DNA of 64,000 nucleotides from Candidatus Poribacteria bacterium (GTDB lineage Bacteria; Poribacteria; WGA-4E; WGA-3G): NCBI GenBank assembly GCA_965200345.1, contig OZ241378.1, positions 5,434,314 to 5,498,313 of the forward strand, read 5' to 3'. Shown piece by piece: positions 52,664 to 62,546 of this stretch (position 1 is its first letter; each line of letters starts with the position of its first letter). The notes under the pieces were generated by a model. It saw only the letters and a program-made list of their open reading frames with translations, ran no database searches and was not told where the DNA came from. The position numbers and the translations under genes were made by a program.

Positions 52664-53503
52664 TTACACCTTCAAATCCCGTAAGATAGAGAGGTTTACC
52701 TCGTGCATCGTTTTCATCTGTGGTGTTTCAATAATGAGTGGGGTTTCGGCAAATCGGGCGTCGTTGAGGATATACGCGAATGCTATTGCCCCGATGTTCC
52801 CCTCTCCGATATGTTCATGCCTGTCAACGCGACTCTGATATTCTGATTTTGCGTCATTGAGATGAAAGGTTTTTAATCGGTTAAGCCCAATGATATCATC
52901 AAACTGGTTAAAGGTCGCTTCACAATCCGATTCGGTTCGCATGTCGTAGCCAGCAGCAAAGACGTGGCACGTATCCAAACAGACACCGAACCGGTCTGGG
53001 TATTTTGACCTGCCGATTACGTCTCGCAGGTGTTCAAAACAGTAGCCAAGATTTGTCCCTTGCCCGGCAGTCGTTTCGAGAAGGGGCATGACATCGGGCG
53101 CCTCAGTATTTTCAAACAGGAAATCGAAACTATCAGTTAACTGCTTTAAACCGAATTTTTCGCCTTCACCGAGGTGTGCCCCGAGGTGTGTGACAATGTA
53201 GCGGATACCGAGCCGCTGCGCGAGTTCCATCTGCTCACGGAACGCTTGGCGTGATTTTTCCAGGACATCTGGTTTCGGAGAAGCGAGATTGCTCAAGTGG
53301 ATGTCGTGAACAATTACCTCGCCAAGGTCAGTTTCTGACCATGCGGTGCTAAATTTTTCTGTTATCTCTGGGGTGGGAGGCTTTCCTTGCCACTGGTTGG
53401 GATTTCGCAAGAAAATTTGTATTGTATCGCACTGGAGGTCGGTGCCATTTTTGATGGCATTGTGTATTCCACCTGAAGTGGATACATGTGCACCAAGGAC
53501 CAT
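52664..53503 (-). CDS. nfo: Deoxyribonuclease IV (endonuclease IV)
   Basis: LGAHVSTSGGI..A.......G.DT.QIF..NP.QW, HD.YL.NL, THLG.H, LETTAGQG, VCLDTCH.FAAGY, HLND and IIETP are the AP endonuclease family 2 motifs. Confidence 0.9.
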   Translation of the reverse strand: MVLGAHVSTSGGIHNAIKNGTDLQCDTIQIFLRNPNQWQGKPPTPEITEKFSTAWSETDLGEVIVHDIHLSNLASPKPDVLEKSRQAFREQMELAQRLGIRYIVTHLGAHLGEGEKFGLKQLTDSFDFLFENTEAPDVMPLLETTAGQGTNLGYCFEHLRDVIGRSKYPDRFGVCLDTCHVFAAGYDMRTESDCEATFNQFDDIIGLNRLKTFHLNDAKSEYQSRVDRHEHIGEGNIGAIAFAYILNDARFAETPLIIETPQMKTMHEVNLSILRDLKV

Positions 53504-53783
53504 ATTTTTTATAACAAATTTCGGCTTGCGGATTCACCGCTCCTGTGTGGTAAGTTTTGGGAACTTGGGGCCGCACCGAAATTGACATCTCCTTACATAA
53601 TGAGAGTGATCGTTAAGGATTTTTAATATTTGCCATTCATAGTTAAAAATACCACAAAATCGCGTCTAAATCAAATAAAAAACGTTTAATGTACGTTATT
53701 GAGGGATTTTTATGCAAAATTTTTACTATTTAATACTGAAATAGAATGCGTAAACTGTTTTACCGATTTTAAATTCGTGATGA

Positions 53784-54800
53784 TTATGGATGGACGGCTG
53801 TTTTGACCCCGCGCTGGGCAGCGGCATTATCAAACGCGATTAGACCTTGGGCAATTGGGAACCGATCAGTTAACAAGGGTTCAAAATTGAGTGCCTTCTC
53901 TATGAGCAGTTGTTTGGATGCTTTAAGACTGGCGCGGGAGAACGCCCATGAAGCCATCAGTTTGTGCCCCGCATAGTGAAATTCTTCAAGATTGATGCGA
54001 AGTTCTTCACCTTCTGGAGCGAGCCCAAAGAAGTTGAGGCATCCGCCTCTGCGGACGATCTCAAAAGCGAATGCGATTGCCGAAGCGTTGTTTGTTGTTG
54101 CGGAGATGACGGTATCAACGCCGCCGTTGGTGAGGTCTTGGAGATATGCTACCGATTCAGGGGATGTATCGAGTGTGAGGTCGGCACCGAGTGTTTCTGC
54201 GACAGTTCTACGGTGGGGCAGCGGTTCCATTACGTAGGTGGCTAAACCTGCACGTTTCGTCAATTGCGTGAGCATCAACCCGATGGGACCAGCACCGAGG
54301 ATAGCGACGGAATCCTTAAAAAACGTTTCTTGCATCGCATTCAAGCAACAGCCCAACGGTTCGAGAAATAACAATTCTTCGTACGGTATACTATCTGGTA
54401 CCCGAATGAGTTTACCGGTATTGACACCGTGCTTTGGCATCCGCATATATTCAGCGTAGCCGCCATCAATATCGTGCCCGATACCTTCAATGGTATTGCA
54501 GTATTTATCAAGGTCGTTCTGGCATTCAGCACATGTGCCGCAAGAGAGCATGGGATTAACCGTTACCCGTTCACCAACTTTGACATCTGGGTGTCGGCTG
54601 TCTACAATCACACCTGCGAGTTCGTGTCCCATCACAACGGGTGGTGCGTAATCTGATACATCGCCACGCAGCGCGGCGAGGTCAGAAGCGCAGATACCGC
54701 AGAGTTCTGTCTGAATGAGTACGTCTCCGTCAGTGAGTGCGGGGATAGGTTTTTCTTGGACGCTTAATTGCTGAATTTTCTCAAAAACAATAGCTTTCAT
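53784..54800 (-). CDS. Zinc-dependent medium-chain alcohol/polyol dehydrogenase
   Basis: MKAIVFEK...CGICASDL, GHELAG (catalytic Zn), CGTCAECQ (structural Zn) and GAGPIGL (NAD). The alternative ATG at 54815 adds 5 codons. Confidence 0.85.
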   Translation of the reverse strand: MKAIVFEKIQQLSVQEKPIPALTDGDVLIQTELCGICASDLAALRGDVSDYAPPVVMGHELAGVIVDSRHPDVKVGERVTVNPMLSCGTCAECQNDLDKYCNTIEGIGHDIDGGYAEYMRMPKHGVNTGKLIRVPDSIPYEELLFLEPLGCCLNAMQETFFKDSVAILGAGPIGLMLTQLTKRAGLATYVMEPLPHRRTVAETLGADLTLDTSPESVAYLQDLTNGGVDTVISATTNNASAIAFAFEIVRRGGCLNFFGLAPEGEELRINLEEFHYAGHKLMASWAFSRASLKASKQLLIEKALNFEPLLTDRFPIAQGLIAFDNAAAQRGVKTAVHP

Positions 54801-54815
54801 GTATTTGTAAGTCAT

Positions 54816-54930
54816 CAGTTGTCAGTACGATTTTTTTCTCCGAAAAAAATCTTTCAGTTGTCAGAAAGAATCTTAGAATTATCAAAAACCGCTTGTAACT
54901 GATAACCATTACCTCTGACGATTATTCCTC
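54816..54930. repeat. Second copy of the dispersed intergenic repeat seen at 18947-19165
   Basis: cagttgtcagtacGATTTTTTTctccGAAAAAAATCtttcagttgtcagaaaga at 54816-54869, followed by attatcaaaaacc...ctgataacc motifs. Confidence 0.7.
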
Positions 54931-54935
54931 CGCGG

Positions 54936-55964
54936 TTATTCAAACTCGTAAGGCACGGTTTCTGCCTGATGTGTCTTAGCGGACTTTTCTGCTAAATCCA
55001 TGATGGCAATGACGCGGCGAGCGGATTCTGGTGTCACGAGTAACGGCGTGCCGTCGTTTAAATGCGCGACGATATTCTGATAGTAACTCGGTCCAGGTCT
55101 ACCGTGATGGCCGACTTCTTGCTCTTTGGGGTGTCCTTTGACTTCGGATAGCACCTTAAATCCGCCGCCTGCAGAGGTAATTGCGCCGTGTGAACCGAGC
55201 AGTTTCCACCGCTCTCCACCGATTTTGGCGATATTGGACATTTGAATGTTTGCCGATGCTCCAGCCGCGACTACATTTCCACCAGCGAAGCGAATAATTG
55301 CTTGGACGTGGTCTTCATTGGTAATATCGTCCCAGACGAGGTTCGGTTGATAGAAGCCGGTGACGTTAATCATCGGTGCTTCAAGGACATTGAGTAGCCA
55401 GTCGAGGTAGTGAGCACCCCAATCATAAAATTGCCCGCCGGAGATGGCTTTGACGCTACGCCACCAATCCGGATTGGGTCTTCCGTAACCCCCGCCCCAC
55501 ATCTCAACGCTAAAGACCTTACCGATGATACCGGATTGGACGAGTTCACGCAGCGTCCAAAAATCAGCGTCCCATCGTCGGTTGTGGTGAACAGACAACA
55601 TGACATTGTTCTCTTGAGCGGTCGTAATCATTTCTGTGGCTTCAGCGATTGTGACGCACATCGGTTTTTCAACGACAACATGCTTGCCAGCCTTGAGGCT
55701 TGCCACTGAGGGACCACAGTGTAAACTATGCGGTAAAACGTTCGCGATGAGATCGACACCGTCGTCGGCGTTGAGTTCTTCAACTGAATTATAGGTGCGA
55801 ATGCCGGGAAAATCCTTTTTTGCGGCATCTGTGCGTTCTGGGTCTATGTCACAGACGGCGACGCATTCAATGCCGTCGGTGTTCTGCATCATATTTGCGT
55901 GGGCTCTGCCCATATTAAATGCTGCGCCATATCCAAGTACGGCACCTTTGATGGTATCTGCCAT
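54936..55964 (-). CDS. Gfo/Idh/MocA-family oxidoreductase
   Basis: Start MADTIKGAVLGYGAAFNMG after AAGGAG. ...GKHVVVEKP. Confidence 0.8.
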   Translation of the reverse strand: MADTIKGAVLGYGAAFNMGRAHANMMQNTDGIECVAVCDIDPERTDAAKKDFPGIRTYNSVEELNADDGVDLIANVLPHSLHCGPSVASLKAGKHVVVEKPMCVTIAEATEMITTAQENNVMLSVHHNRRWDADFWTLRELVQSGIIGKVFSVEMWGGGYGRPNPDWWRSVKAISGGQFYDWGAHYLDWLLNVLEAPMINVTGFYQPNLVWDDITNEDHVQAIIRFAGGNVVAAGASANIQMSNIAKIGGERWKLLGSHGAITSAGGGFKVLSEVKGHPKEQEVGHHGRPGPSYYQNIVAHLNDGTPLLVTPESARRVIAIMDLAEKSAKTHQAETVPYEFE

Positions 55965-56366
55965 GTATTCTGGCTCCTTCTTTTTCGTGTATGAATGCGT
56001 CATTATAGCACAAAGGAGAAAAAATGTGTAAAAATTCCGTTAATTAGCAGTCAGCCATCAGCGGTCAGCAGCCCGCAAAAAAGCAAGTAGTGAGGGGCGC
56101 GACCAGGAAGTTGTTCCTGCAGAAAGGGAGCGCGAAGGGAGCGCGATCGGAAAATTAAAATTACGGAAGCGTTGAATGACCCTGGCTGTGTAGAAGAAAT
56201 CGATTGACGTTTCTCAGAATTTGTGGTAAACTCTACCGATTTTCAGTTAGCACGGTTTGTTTCTGGGGGCATTTGCAAGGCACAACGGCAAAGAAGTGTG
56301 AACCTTAGGCGCGTTTGTAGAAGCATAATGTGCATCAATTCTGGGCAATATTCCTTGAGGTAATTT

Positions 56367-57260
56367 ATGGCAAAAGTTGGACTCATCGGGGTTGGAAACA
56401 TGGGTACGGGCATGTCAAGAAATATCTTGAAAGCCGGACACAAATTGACGGTGTATGATGTCCGTTCTGAGGCGATGGCAGCGTTGGTACAAGAGGGAGC
56501 AGATGCTGCTGCATCGCCGCGAGAACTCGGTGCCGCTGCAGATACGGTTTTTATCATGGTGCTGAATGTTGAACAGGTTAAGGCATCGCTCTTGGGTGAA
56601 GACGGACTGCTGGCGGGGCTTGCCCCTGGCTCTACAGTCATCTGTACAGCGACTATCGGGCGTTCACAGGTGATAGAGGTTGCCGAACTCGTGACAGCAA
56701 AAGGGGTTAACATCGTTGATGCCCCTGTGAGTGGTGGTGCTCCGGGGGCAGCTGCAGGAACGCTTACAATGATGGTAGCGGCACGCGGCGAAACATTTGA
56801 GGCATCGAAACCGGTGCTCGCAGCAGTCGGCAAGGACATCTATCACGTTGGCGAAGAGATCGGTATGGGTCAAACTGTCAAGTCTGCCTTGGCAGTGCTG
56901 ATAGGCACGACTTATGCGGGTATCTTTGAGGCTTTGACGCTTGCGGTCAAGGCAGGTGTGGCACCGGAAACGCTCCGTGATGTTGTCAGCACAAGTGTTG
57001 CTGGGAATTTCCTCTTCACGGATACAACGGAGAACATTTTATCACGTAATTTCAAGGGACAGAGCAATATCGGTACAATGTATAAAGACCTGAGTTTGGC
57101 AAAAAATATGGCAAACGATTGCGGTGTGCCACTCTTTGCAGCGAGTGCCGCTTTTGAACTGTTTCAAGCAGGGAAGGCAGTAAATCCCGATGAGGATAAC
57201 TGGACGATTATCAAAATATTGGAAAATATCGCCGGTGTTGAGATTAAGAGAACAGAATAA
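56367..57260 (+). CDS. NAD(P)-dependent 3-hydroxyisobutyrate / tartronate-semialdehyde dehydrogenase-family oxidoreductase
   Basis: VGLIGVGNMGTGMSRNIL (Rossmann), DAPVSGG and the ..K.... C-terminal helical domain. 297 aa. The 198-aa antisense ORF 56243..56839 is a shadow. Confidence 0.8.
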   Translation: MAKVGLIGVGNMGTGMSRNILKAGHKLTVYDVRSEAMAALVQEGADAAASPRELGAAADTVFIMVLNVEQVKASLLGEDGLLAGLAPGSTVICTATIGRSQVIEVAELVTAKGVNIVDAPVSGGAPGAAAGTLTMMVAARGETFEASKPVLAAVGKDIYHVGEEIGMGQTVKSALAVLIGTTYAGIFEALTLAVKAGVAPETLRDVVSTSVAGNFLFTDTTENILSRNFKGQSNIGTMYKDLSLAKNMANDCGVPLFAASAAFELFQAGKAVNPDEDNWTIIKILENIAGVEIKRTE

Positions 57261-57337
57261 TCACAGGATAGGGTTTTGTTGGTGTGTTGTTTGGTGTTTT
57301 GGAAACTCTACAAAGATGAAAAGTGAGAGGGTGTTGA

Positions 57338-58189
57338 ATGTTCAAATTGGGAGTTATCACGGATGGAATCAGTCGGGATTTTGAATATGCGCTGGACACT
57401 ATGGTAGAGACCGGCTTGGAATACGTTGAGTTACAGTACCTTTGGGAGAAACAGGTTGGAGATTTAACGGATGCGGATGTGGAACGCGTTAAGGGGTTAA
57501 TCGACGCTCGGGATTTAAAAGTATCGTGTATCTCACACCATAATTTATCGGCACTCCCTGTTGATACGGCAATAGTTGCACCTGCCTATCGTGAACATAT
57601 TACGACGTTACAACGGTGTATTGATGTTGCGCAAGCACTCGGTACAAACCTCGTGCGGATTTTCAGTTTCCGGAAAGAGATGGTGCTTTTCGGTGCGGAA
57701 CCGGTTATCTCCGAAGGGGCATGGGCGACGCTCATGAACCGATTGGAAGAACCGTTGCAAATCGCTGACGCGGCGGGTATCACGCTTGTGATGGAGACGG
57801 CAATCTCTGGGAACGTGACATCGGCATTCCTTGCGAGAAAGTTAATTGACGAATTAGACGTGCCGCATCTGAAAGTCCTATGGGATCCATGCAGTTCGCT
57901 CTATTGTACAGAGGTCCCATATCCCGATGGCTATGAAGCCATTCGTGAGTATATTGTGCATGTTCATCTCAAAGATGGCATTGTTAATCTACCAGCGGCG
58001 ACATTTGATTTCTGCGCAATGCGTCAAGGACAGATGAACGCTTACTACAACGATATTGTGGACGCTTTGAAACGGGATGGCTACGAGGGGACAATCTCTT
58101 TGGAGAGTGTCTATACGCCGGTGGGTGGGACGCGCGAGGATGGATTCAGGGAATCGCTGCCGGTTTTTATGGAACTTATGGGACGATAG
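57338..58189 (+). CDS. Sugar phosphate isomerase/epimerase (xylose-isomerase-like TIM barrel)
   Basis: 283 aa. ..GLEYVELQ.., ..LVRIFSF.., ..LVMET.., ..VLWDPCS.., ..HVHLKDG. Confidence 0.75.
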   Translation: MFKLGVITDGISRDFEYALDTMVETGLEYVELQYLWEKQVGDLTDADVERVKGLIDARDLKVSCISHHNLSALPVDTAIVAPAYREHITTLQRCIDVAQALGTNLVRIFSFRKEMVLFGAEPVISEGAWATLMNRLEEPLQIADAAGITLVMETAISGNVTSAFLARKLIDELDVPHLKVLWDPCSSLYCTEVPYPDGYEAIREYIVHVHLKDGIVNLPAATFDFCAMRQGQMNAYYNDIVDALKRDGYEGTISLESVYTPVGGTREDGFRESLPVFMELMGR

Positions 58190-58197
58190 ATAGATCG

Positions 58198-58245
58198 AAA
58201 AAGAAAGGACGCAGCCAATATATTTCAGCTGCGTCCTTTTCTTTA
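58198..58245. terminator. Bidirectional intrinsic terminator between convergent genes
   Basis: AAAGAAAGGACGCAGC-caatatatttca-GCTGCGTCCTTTTCTTT. About 16-bp stem (one bulge) with A/T tracts on both sides. Confidence 0.6.
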
Positions 58246-58277
58246 CGAGGCACAAGCCGTCGTGTGGGACTTACACA

Positions 58278-59534
58278 TTACTTGGTTTTCAAACTTCCCC
58301 AAGTTGTGAAGAATTTACCAGCGGCTTCAACAGATGTGCCTAACTGTGCACTTGACTTATAGATAGCCTCGACAGGGGCGTTGATACCGGCGTACATGCC
58401 CCATCCGCCACCCCGTTCACTGACTTTTATCATCAGGATGTTGTCACCTTTTACAAGGTTAACTGCGAACGAATCTTGGAAGGAGGTTGCGCCGCCGCGT
58501 CCGCGGTTGACAGCGTTTGTATGAACGACTTCACCGTTGAGCCAAACTTTGACGGAGTCATCACTGCTGACACCAATCATCGCGCCTTCCACATCTTCCT
58601 CAGATACGAGTGTGATGAGGGCATAAGAGGTAACGTCGTTGAAATCAGCGTTTTCTGTCACACCGAGTTCGACGAGCATAGCGTTGATATTTCCGTCTGC
58701 TGGGAGTTCACCGAGCGTCCAAGCGTAATCGCCGACTTCGTCGCCTTCAGTTGCGCCGTTCATTGCAACGTCTTCTTCGGTGACATCGTCGTTACTGGCG
58801 ACTGCGAGAGAATCGATATCGGTAGAAGCTTGTCCGCCTTGGTTGGCTTCTGTGGGTGCGATCATCCAGAGCCATTCGCCTGTGATGTGGAAGATAGGTG
58901 GCGTAGGTGAGGTAGTGACATCGGCATCGATACCGACGTACTGTCCCCATCCACCACCGCGTTCACTCACCTTCACGAGCAACAGATTAGCACCTTCTAC
59001 CAGGTTCACTTCAATTTTATCTTGGTAGGCGTCTATATTAGCGGGTGTTCCCCCGCGTCCGCGGTTGACAGCGTTTGTATGAACGACTTCACCGTTAAGC
59101 CAGACTTTGATAGAGTCATCGCTGCTGACTCCGAGCGTTACGCCGGACTGTGCTGTAGCGGACACAAGGTAGATAAGTGAATAAGAACTCACGTCGTTGA
59201 AATCGGCAACTTCTGTTAAACCTATGTCGACGGCCATAACGTTCGTATCGCCGTTATCGGGCAGGGTGCCGAGCGTCCATGCGTAGTCCCCGACAACGTC
59301 ACCTTCGTTTGCGCCGTTTGCTGCGACCATATCTTCAGTAACATCACCACCACTGGCGACTGAGAGAGAGTCGATATCGGTAGAAGCCTGTCCACCTTGG
59401 TTGGCTTCTGTGGGTGCGATCATCCAGAGCCATGGTCCTTTAATGGGTTCTTGTGCATCAGCAACCTGTGTTACCGTCAGCACAAAAAGAGCCATGAGAC
59501 ATGCTAAACCTATTGTAAATAGTTTCCTGTACAT
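58278..59534 (-). CDS. Secreted two-repeat protein of the GPWLWMIAPT family, with C-terminal tail
   Basis: Start MYRKLFTIGLACLMALFVLTV.. after GGAGG. Two repeats of about 190 aa each contain GxWLWMIAPTEANQGGQASTDIDSL...SSDDS[IV]KVWLNGEVVHTNAVNRGRGG...VKVSERGGGWG. Tail SVEAAGKFFTTWGSLKTK. Confidence 0.7.
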   Translation of the reverse strand: MYRKLFTIGLACLMALFVLTVTQVADAQEPIKGPWLWMIAPTEANQGGQASTDIDSLSVASGGDVTEDMVAANGANEGDVVGDYAWTLGTLPDNGDTNVMAVDIGLTEVADFNDVSSYSLIYLVSATAQSGVTLGVSSDDSIKVWLNGEVVHTNAVNRGRGGTPANIDAYQDKIEVNLVEGANLLLVKVSERGGGWGQYVGIDADVTTSPTPPIFHITGEWLWMIAPTEANQGGQASTDIDSLAVASNDDVTEEDVAMNGATEGDEVGDYAWTLGELPADGNINAMLVELGVTENADFNDVTSYALITLVSEEDVEGAMIGVSSDDSVKVWLNGEVVHTNAVNRGRGGATSFQDSFAVNLVKGDNILMIKVSERGGGWGMYAGINAPVEAIYKSSAQLGTSVEAAGKFFTTWGSLKTK

Positions 59535-59734
59535 GAAAACCTCCAAATTAATTTTCATTTTTTAAGTGAATCAGAGTTGTCTGTTTTTGTGTGTCCGGTA
59601 ATAATATTACGTCAGCGGTTACACAGACACAGATAGGACAACCACTTTGGTGTAGTATAACAGATATACCACAATTAAATCAAGCGAAAAAAATTGCGCC
59701 CCGAATTTCAGATTGAGGCTTACAAAAAACGAGC

Positions 59735-60436
59735 TTAGTAAGACCTTTTAACTTCAGCCCATTGCGTCGCCAGTTTTCGGGCGGGTTCAACGGGTTGAAA
59801 CTTTTCAAAATCTATGTGGTGTTCAACATCGGCATCGACACCGACGTATTGTCCCCATCCGCCGCCGCGCTCACTGACCTTCACCATTAACAGATTCGCC
59901 CCTTTTTTCAGGTCAACTTCAAACCTATCTTGGTAACCATTTATATTGGCGGGTAAACCACCGCGCCCACGGTTCACAGCCATTCGATGGACCTCTTCAC
60001 CATTAAGCCAGACTTTGAGAGAATCATCGCTGCTGGTACCCATTGTCACACCGGACTGCTTTTTGCTGGATTCAAGTATGAGAAGTGCATAAGACGTAAC
60101 ATCGTTGAAATCAGCGACTTTTGTCATCTTAATATTCACGACACACACGTTGATGTCGCCGTTCGCTGGGAGTTCGCCAGGAGTCCACTCGTAGTCACCG
60201 ACTTCATCGCCTTCTTTTGCGCCGTTTTTTGCGACCTTTTCCTCGGTGACTTTGCCTTTGCTGGCTTCATCGAGAGAATCTTCATCGGTAGAAGCCTGAC
60301 CGCCTACACCGGCATCGGTAGGTACGATCATCCAGAGCCACGGTCCCGCGATTGGCTCTTCGGCATTAGCGATGTGCATCATAACCGAAAGACTCATTAG
60401 ATATACCAGTCCTATTACCCATAATTTTTTTTGCAT
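59735..60436 (-). CDS. Secreted one-repeat member of the same family, with C-terminal tail
   Basis: Signal peptide MQKKLWVIGLVYLMSLSVMMHIANA, one repeat (GPWLWMIVPT...SSDDSLKVWLNGEEVH...VKVSERGGGWG) and tail PVEPARKLATQWAEVKRSY. Confidence 0.7.
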   Translation of the reverse strand: MQKKLWVIGLVYLMSLSVMMHIANAEEPIAGPWLWMIVPTDAGVGGQASTDEDSLDEASKGKVTEEKVAKNGAKEGDEVGDYEWTPGELPANGDINVCVVNIKMTKVADFNDVTSYALLILESSKKQSGVTMGTSSDDSLKVWLNGEEVHRMAVNRGRGGLPANINGYQDRFEVDLKKGANLLMVKVSERGGGWGQYVGVDADVEHHIDFEKFQPVEPARKLATQWAEVKRSY

Positions 60437-60912
60437 TTATTTACTTAGAACATCCTTTCATTGCTTGTCAAAAAGTTTTAGAGAATTGTACAACAACATT
60501 TGCCTACAAATTACAACGATAACAGGTTTTACAGAGCCATTCAATTCTCGATTTTCTGAGTGCATTATCGGGAACAGGTCCCCGTGGCTATCCACAAGCA
60601 TCGGGGTTACAAACCCCTCCCACAAGAGCGATTTGTGCCAATTGAATGGCTCGGCAAGTTTTATAGTAAAGCCCACAATTACCTATATAATACCGGAATA
60701 GTAGGGTTACAAACCCTGCCAGCGCGGGAGGTGTTTTGTGTATTTGAAGGTGTTTATATATCTTCGGACTTTACTATAAGTAGAGAAATAAAATGATTAT
60801 ATTATCGCTGTCCCGTCTATTCAACTAACGAAACAGGTTAGCACAGGTTACCAAAAATGTCAAATACATTTTCTCGATTGAATTTTGAACTATTTGGTTG
60901 AAAGCGACTGCC

Positions 60913-62214
60913 CTAACGGGCGCGCTTTAGTTCTCCCCACTTGGTTATAAGTTTACCCGTAGGTTCAACAGACAGAGAACCTGGTGTGCTTGTGAGAGCG
61001 AAATCAGCATCAATGCCGACGTACATGCCCCATCCACCGCCGCGCTCACTGACCTTGACCATCAAGAGATTACTGCCGCGTTTGAGGTCAACATCAAACG
61101 TATCTTGGAAGGTGTTTGCGTTCCCACGTCCGCGGTTGACGGCGTTGGTATGAACGACTTCACCGTTGAGCCAAACCTTGATAGAATCATCACTATTGAC
61201 ACCCATCGTAACGTCGCGCTGTGCTTTCGTGGTTTTAAGGGTAATCAAAGCGTAGGATGTAACATCGTTAAAGTCAGCGACGTTTGTCATACCGATTGAT
61301 ACGACAGTTGCGTTGATGTTCCCGTCTGCTGAGAGGGTGCCGAACGTCCATTTATAATCGCCGACGGTATCACCTTTTCTTGCCCCATTTTTTGCGACTT
61401 TTTCCTCGGTGACTTTGCCTTTGCTGGCATTATCCAGAGAATCGACATTGGTGGAAGCCTGTCCGCCTTGATTGGCTTTGGTGGGTGCGATCATCCAGAG
61501 CCACGGGCCGGTAATACGTCTATTTGCGCCCCATTCATTTTCTTGTACGGGTATGGGGTCTCCCTTAGCGTCAAATTCAACGTGTTCATAATCATCAAAG
61601 TTTAGGCTGTGCTCGAAATCAGCATCAATGCCGACGTTCATACCCCAACCGCCACCGCGTTCACTGACTTTGACCATCAACAGATTCGCCCCTTCTTTGA
61701 GGTTAACCTGAAATTCATCTTGGAATTCATTGGGGCCTCCACGTCCGCGGTTGACTGCGTTTTTATGAACGACACTGCCGTTGAGCCAGACTTTGATAGA
61801 GTCATCGCTGCTAACGCCCATCGTTACATTACGTTGCTCTGTGTCGGATTCGATGATAATAATGGCATAAGACGTGACATCGTTGAAATCAGCGATGTCT
61901 GTCATTCCTATATCAACGAGCATCGCATTGATATTTCCATCGGCAGGCAGTTCACCGGGAGTCCATTTATAACCGCTGACGGGATCACCTTCTTTGGCTC
62001 CGTTTTCTGCAATTTGTTTTTCGGAGGTTCTGCCTTTGCTGGCATCATCGAGTGAGTCAATATCGGTAGAAGCCTGTCCGCCTTGATTAATTTCGGTTAG
62101 CGTGATCATCCAGAGCCACGGACCGGTGATACGTTCTTGTGCCTGGCTGATGTTTATTGTCATGAGAAAGTTTATCAGACATGCTAACCCTATCAGGAAA
62201 AATTTTTTGTACAT
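60913..62214 (-). CDS. Secreted two-repeat member of the same family, with C-terminal tail
   Basis: Signal peptide MYKKFFLIGLACLINFLMTINISQA, two repeats and tail SVEPTGKLITKWGELKRAR. Confidence 0.7.
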   Translation of the reverse strand: MYKKFFLIGLACLINFLMTINISQAQERITGPWLWMITLTEINQGGQASTDIDSLDDASKGRTSEKQIAENGAKEGDPVSGYKWTPGELPADGNINAMLVDIGMTDIADFNDVTSYAIIIIESDTEQRNVTMGVSSDDSIKVWLNGSVVHKNAVNRGRGGPNEFQDEFQVNLKEGANLLMVKVSERGGGWGMNVGIDADFEHSLNFDDYEHVEFDAKGDPIPVQENEWGANRRITGPWLWMIAPTKANQGGQASTNVDSLDNASKGKVTEEKVAKNGARKGDTVGDYKWTFGTLSADGNINATVVSIGMTNVADFNDVTSYALITLKTTKAQRDVTMGVNSDDSIKVWLNGEVVHTNAVNRGRGNANTFQDTFDVDLKRGSNLLMVKVSERGGGWGMYVGIDADFALTSTPGSLSVEPTGKLITKWGELKRAR

Positions 62215-62228
62215 TTGAAACGTATAAC

Positions 62229-62537
62229 CTACCTATGTGATTCTAAGTGTTTTCGGACGCTGGTAACCTTATCTTCCATCGTTTGTTTTCTATCAATTCG
62301 GGTGCCGAACTTGAGTGTCGTTGTGATTCGGGGTGCGCCCATCTCATGGACGATCTCATGGCACCGACGGATTGCTGCGAATACAACATCCCAATCGCCC
62401 TCGATATTTGTGCCGTAAGCGTGCAATTTCGTTTCCAAACCTGCTGCTTTTAGGACCTTCTCACACGCAGTGACATATTTTGAGACCGAAACGCCGACAC
62501 CCATCGGGACGACGCAAAGATCCGCAATAACCTTCAT
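62229..62537 (-). CDS. MTH1187/YkoF-family (DUF77) thiamine-binding-type protein
   Basis: 102 aa. MKVIADLCVVPMGVGVSVSKYVTACEKVL...GLETKLHAYGTNIEGDWDVVF..I..CHE is the family consensus. Confidence 0.7.
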   Translation of the reverse strand: MKVIADLCVVPMGVGVSVSKYVTACEKVLKAAGLETKLHAYGTNIEGDWDVVFAAIRRCHEIVHEMGAPRITTTLKFGTRIDRKQTMEDKVTSVRKHLESHR

Positions 62538-62546
62538 ATATTTTCC

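Noticed and set aside
56243-56839. 198-aa Ala/Ser/Thr/Pro-rich minus-strand ORF
   Set aside because: It is antisense to the clearly recognisable HIBADH-family gene 56367..57260.
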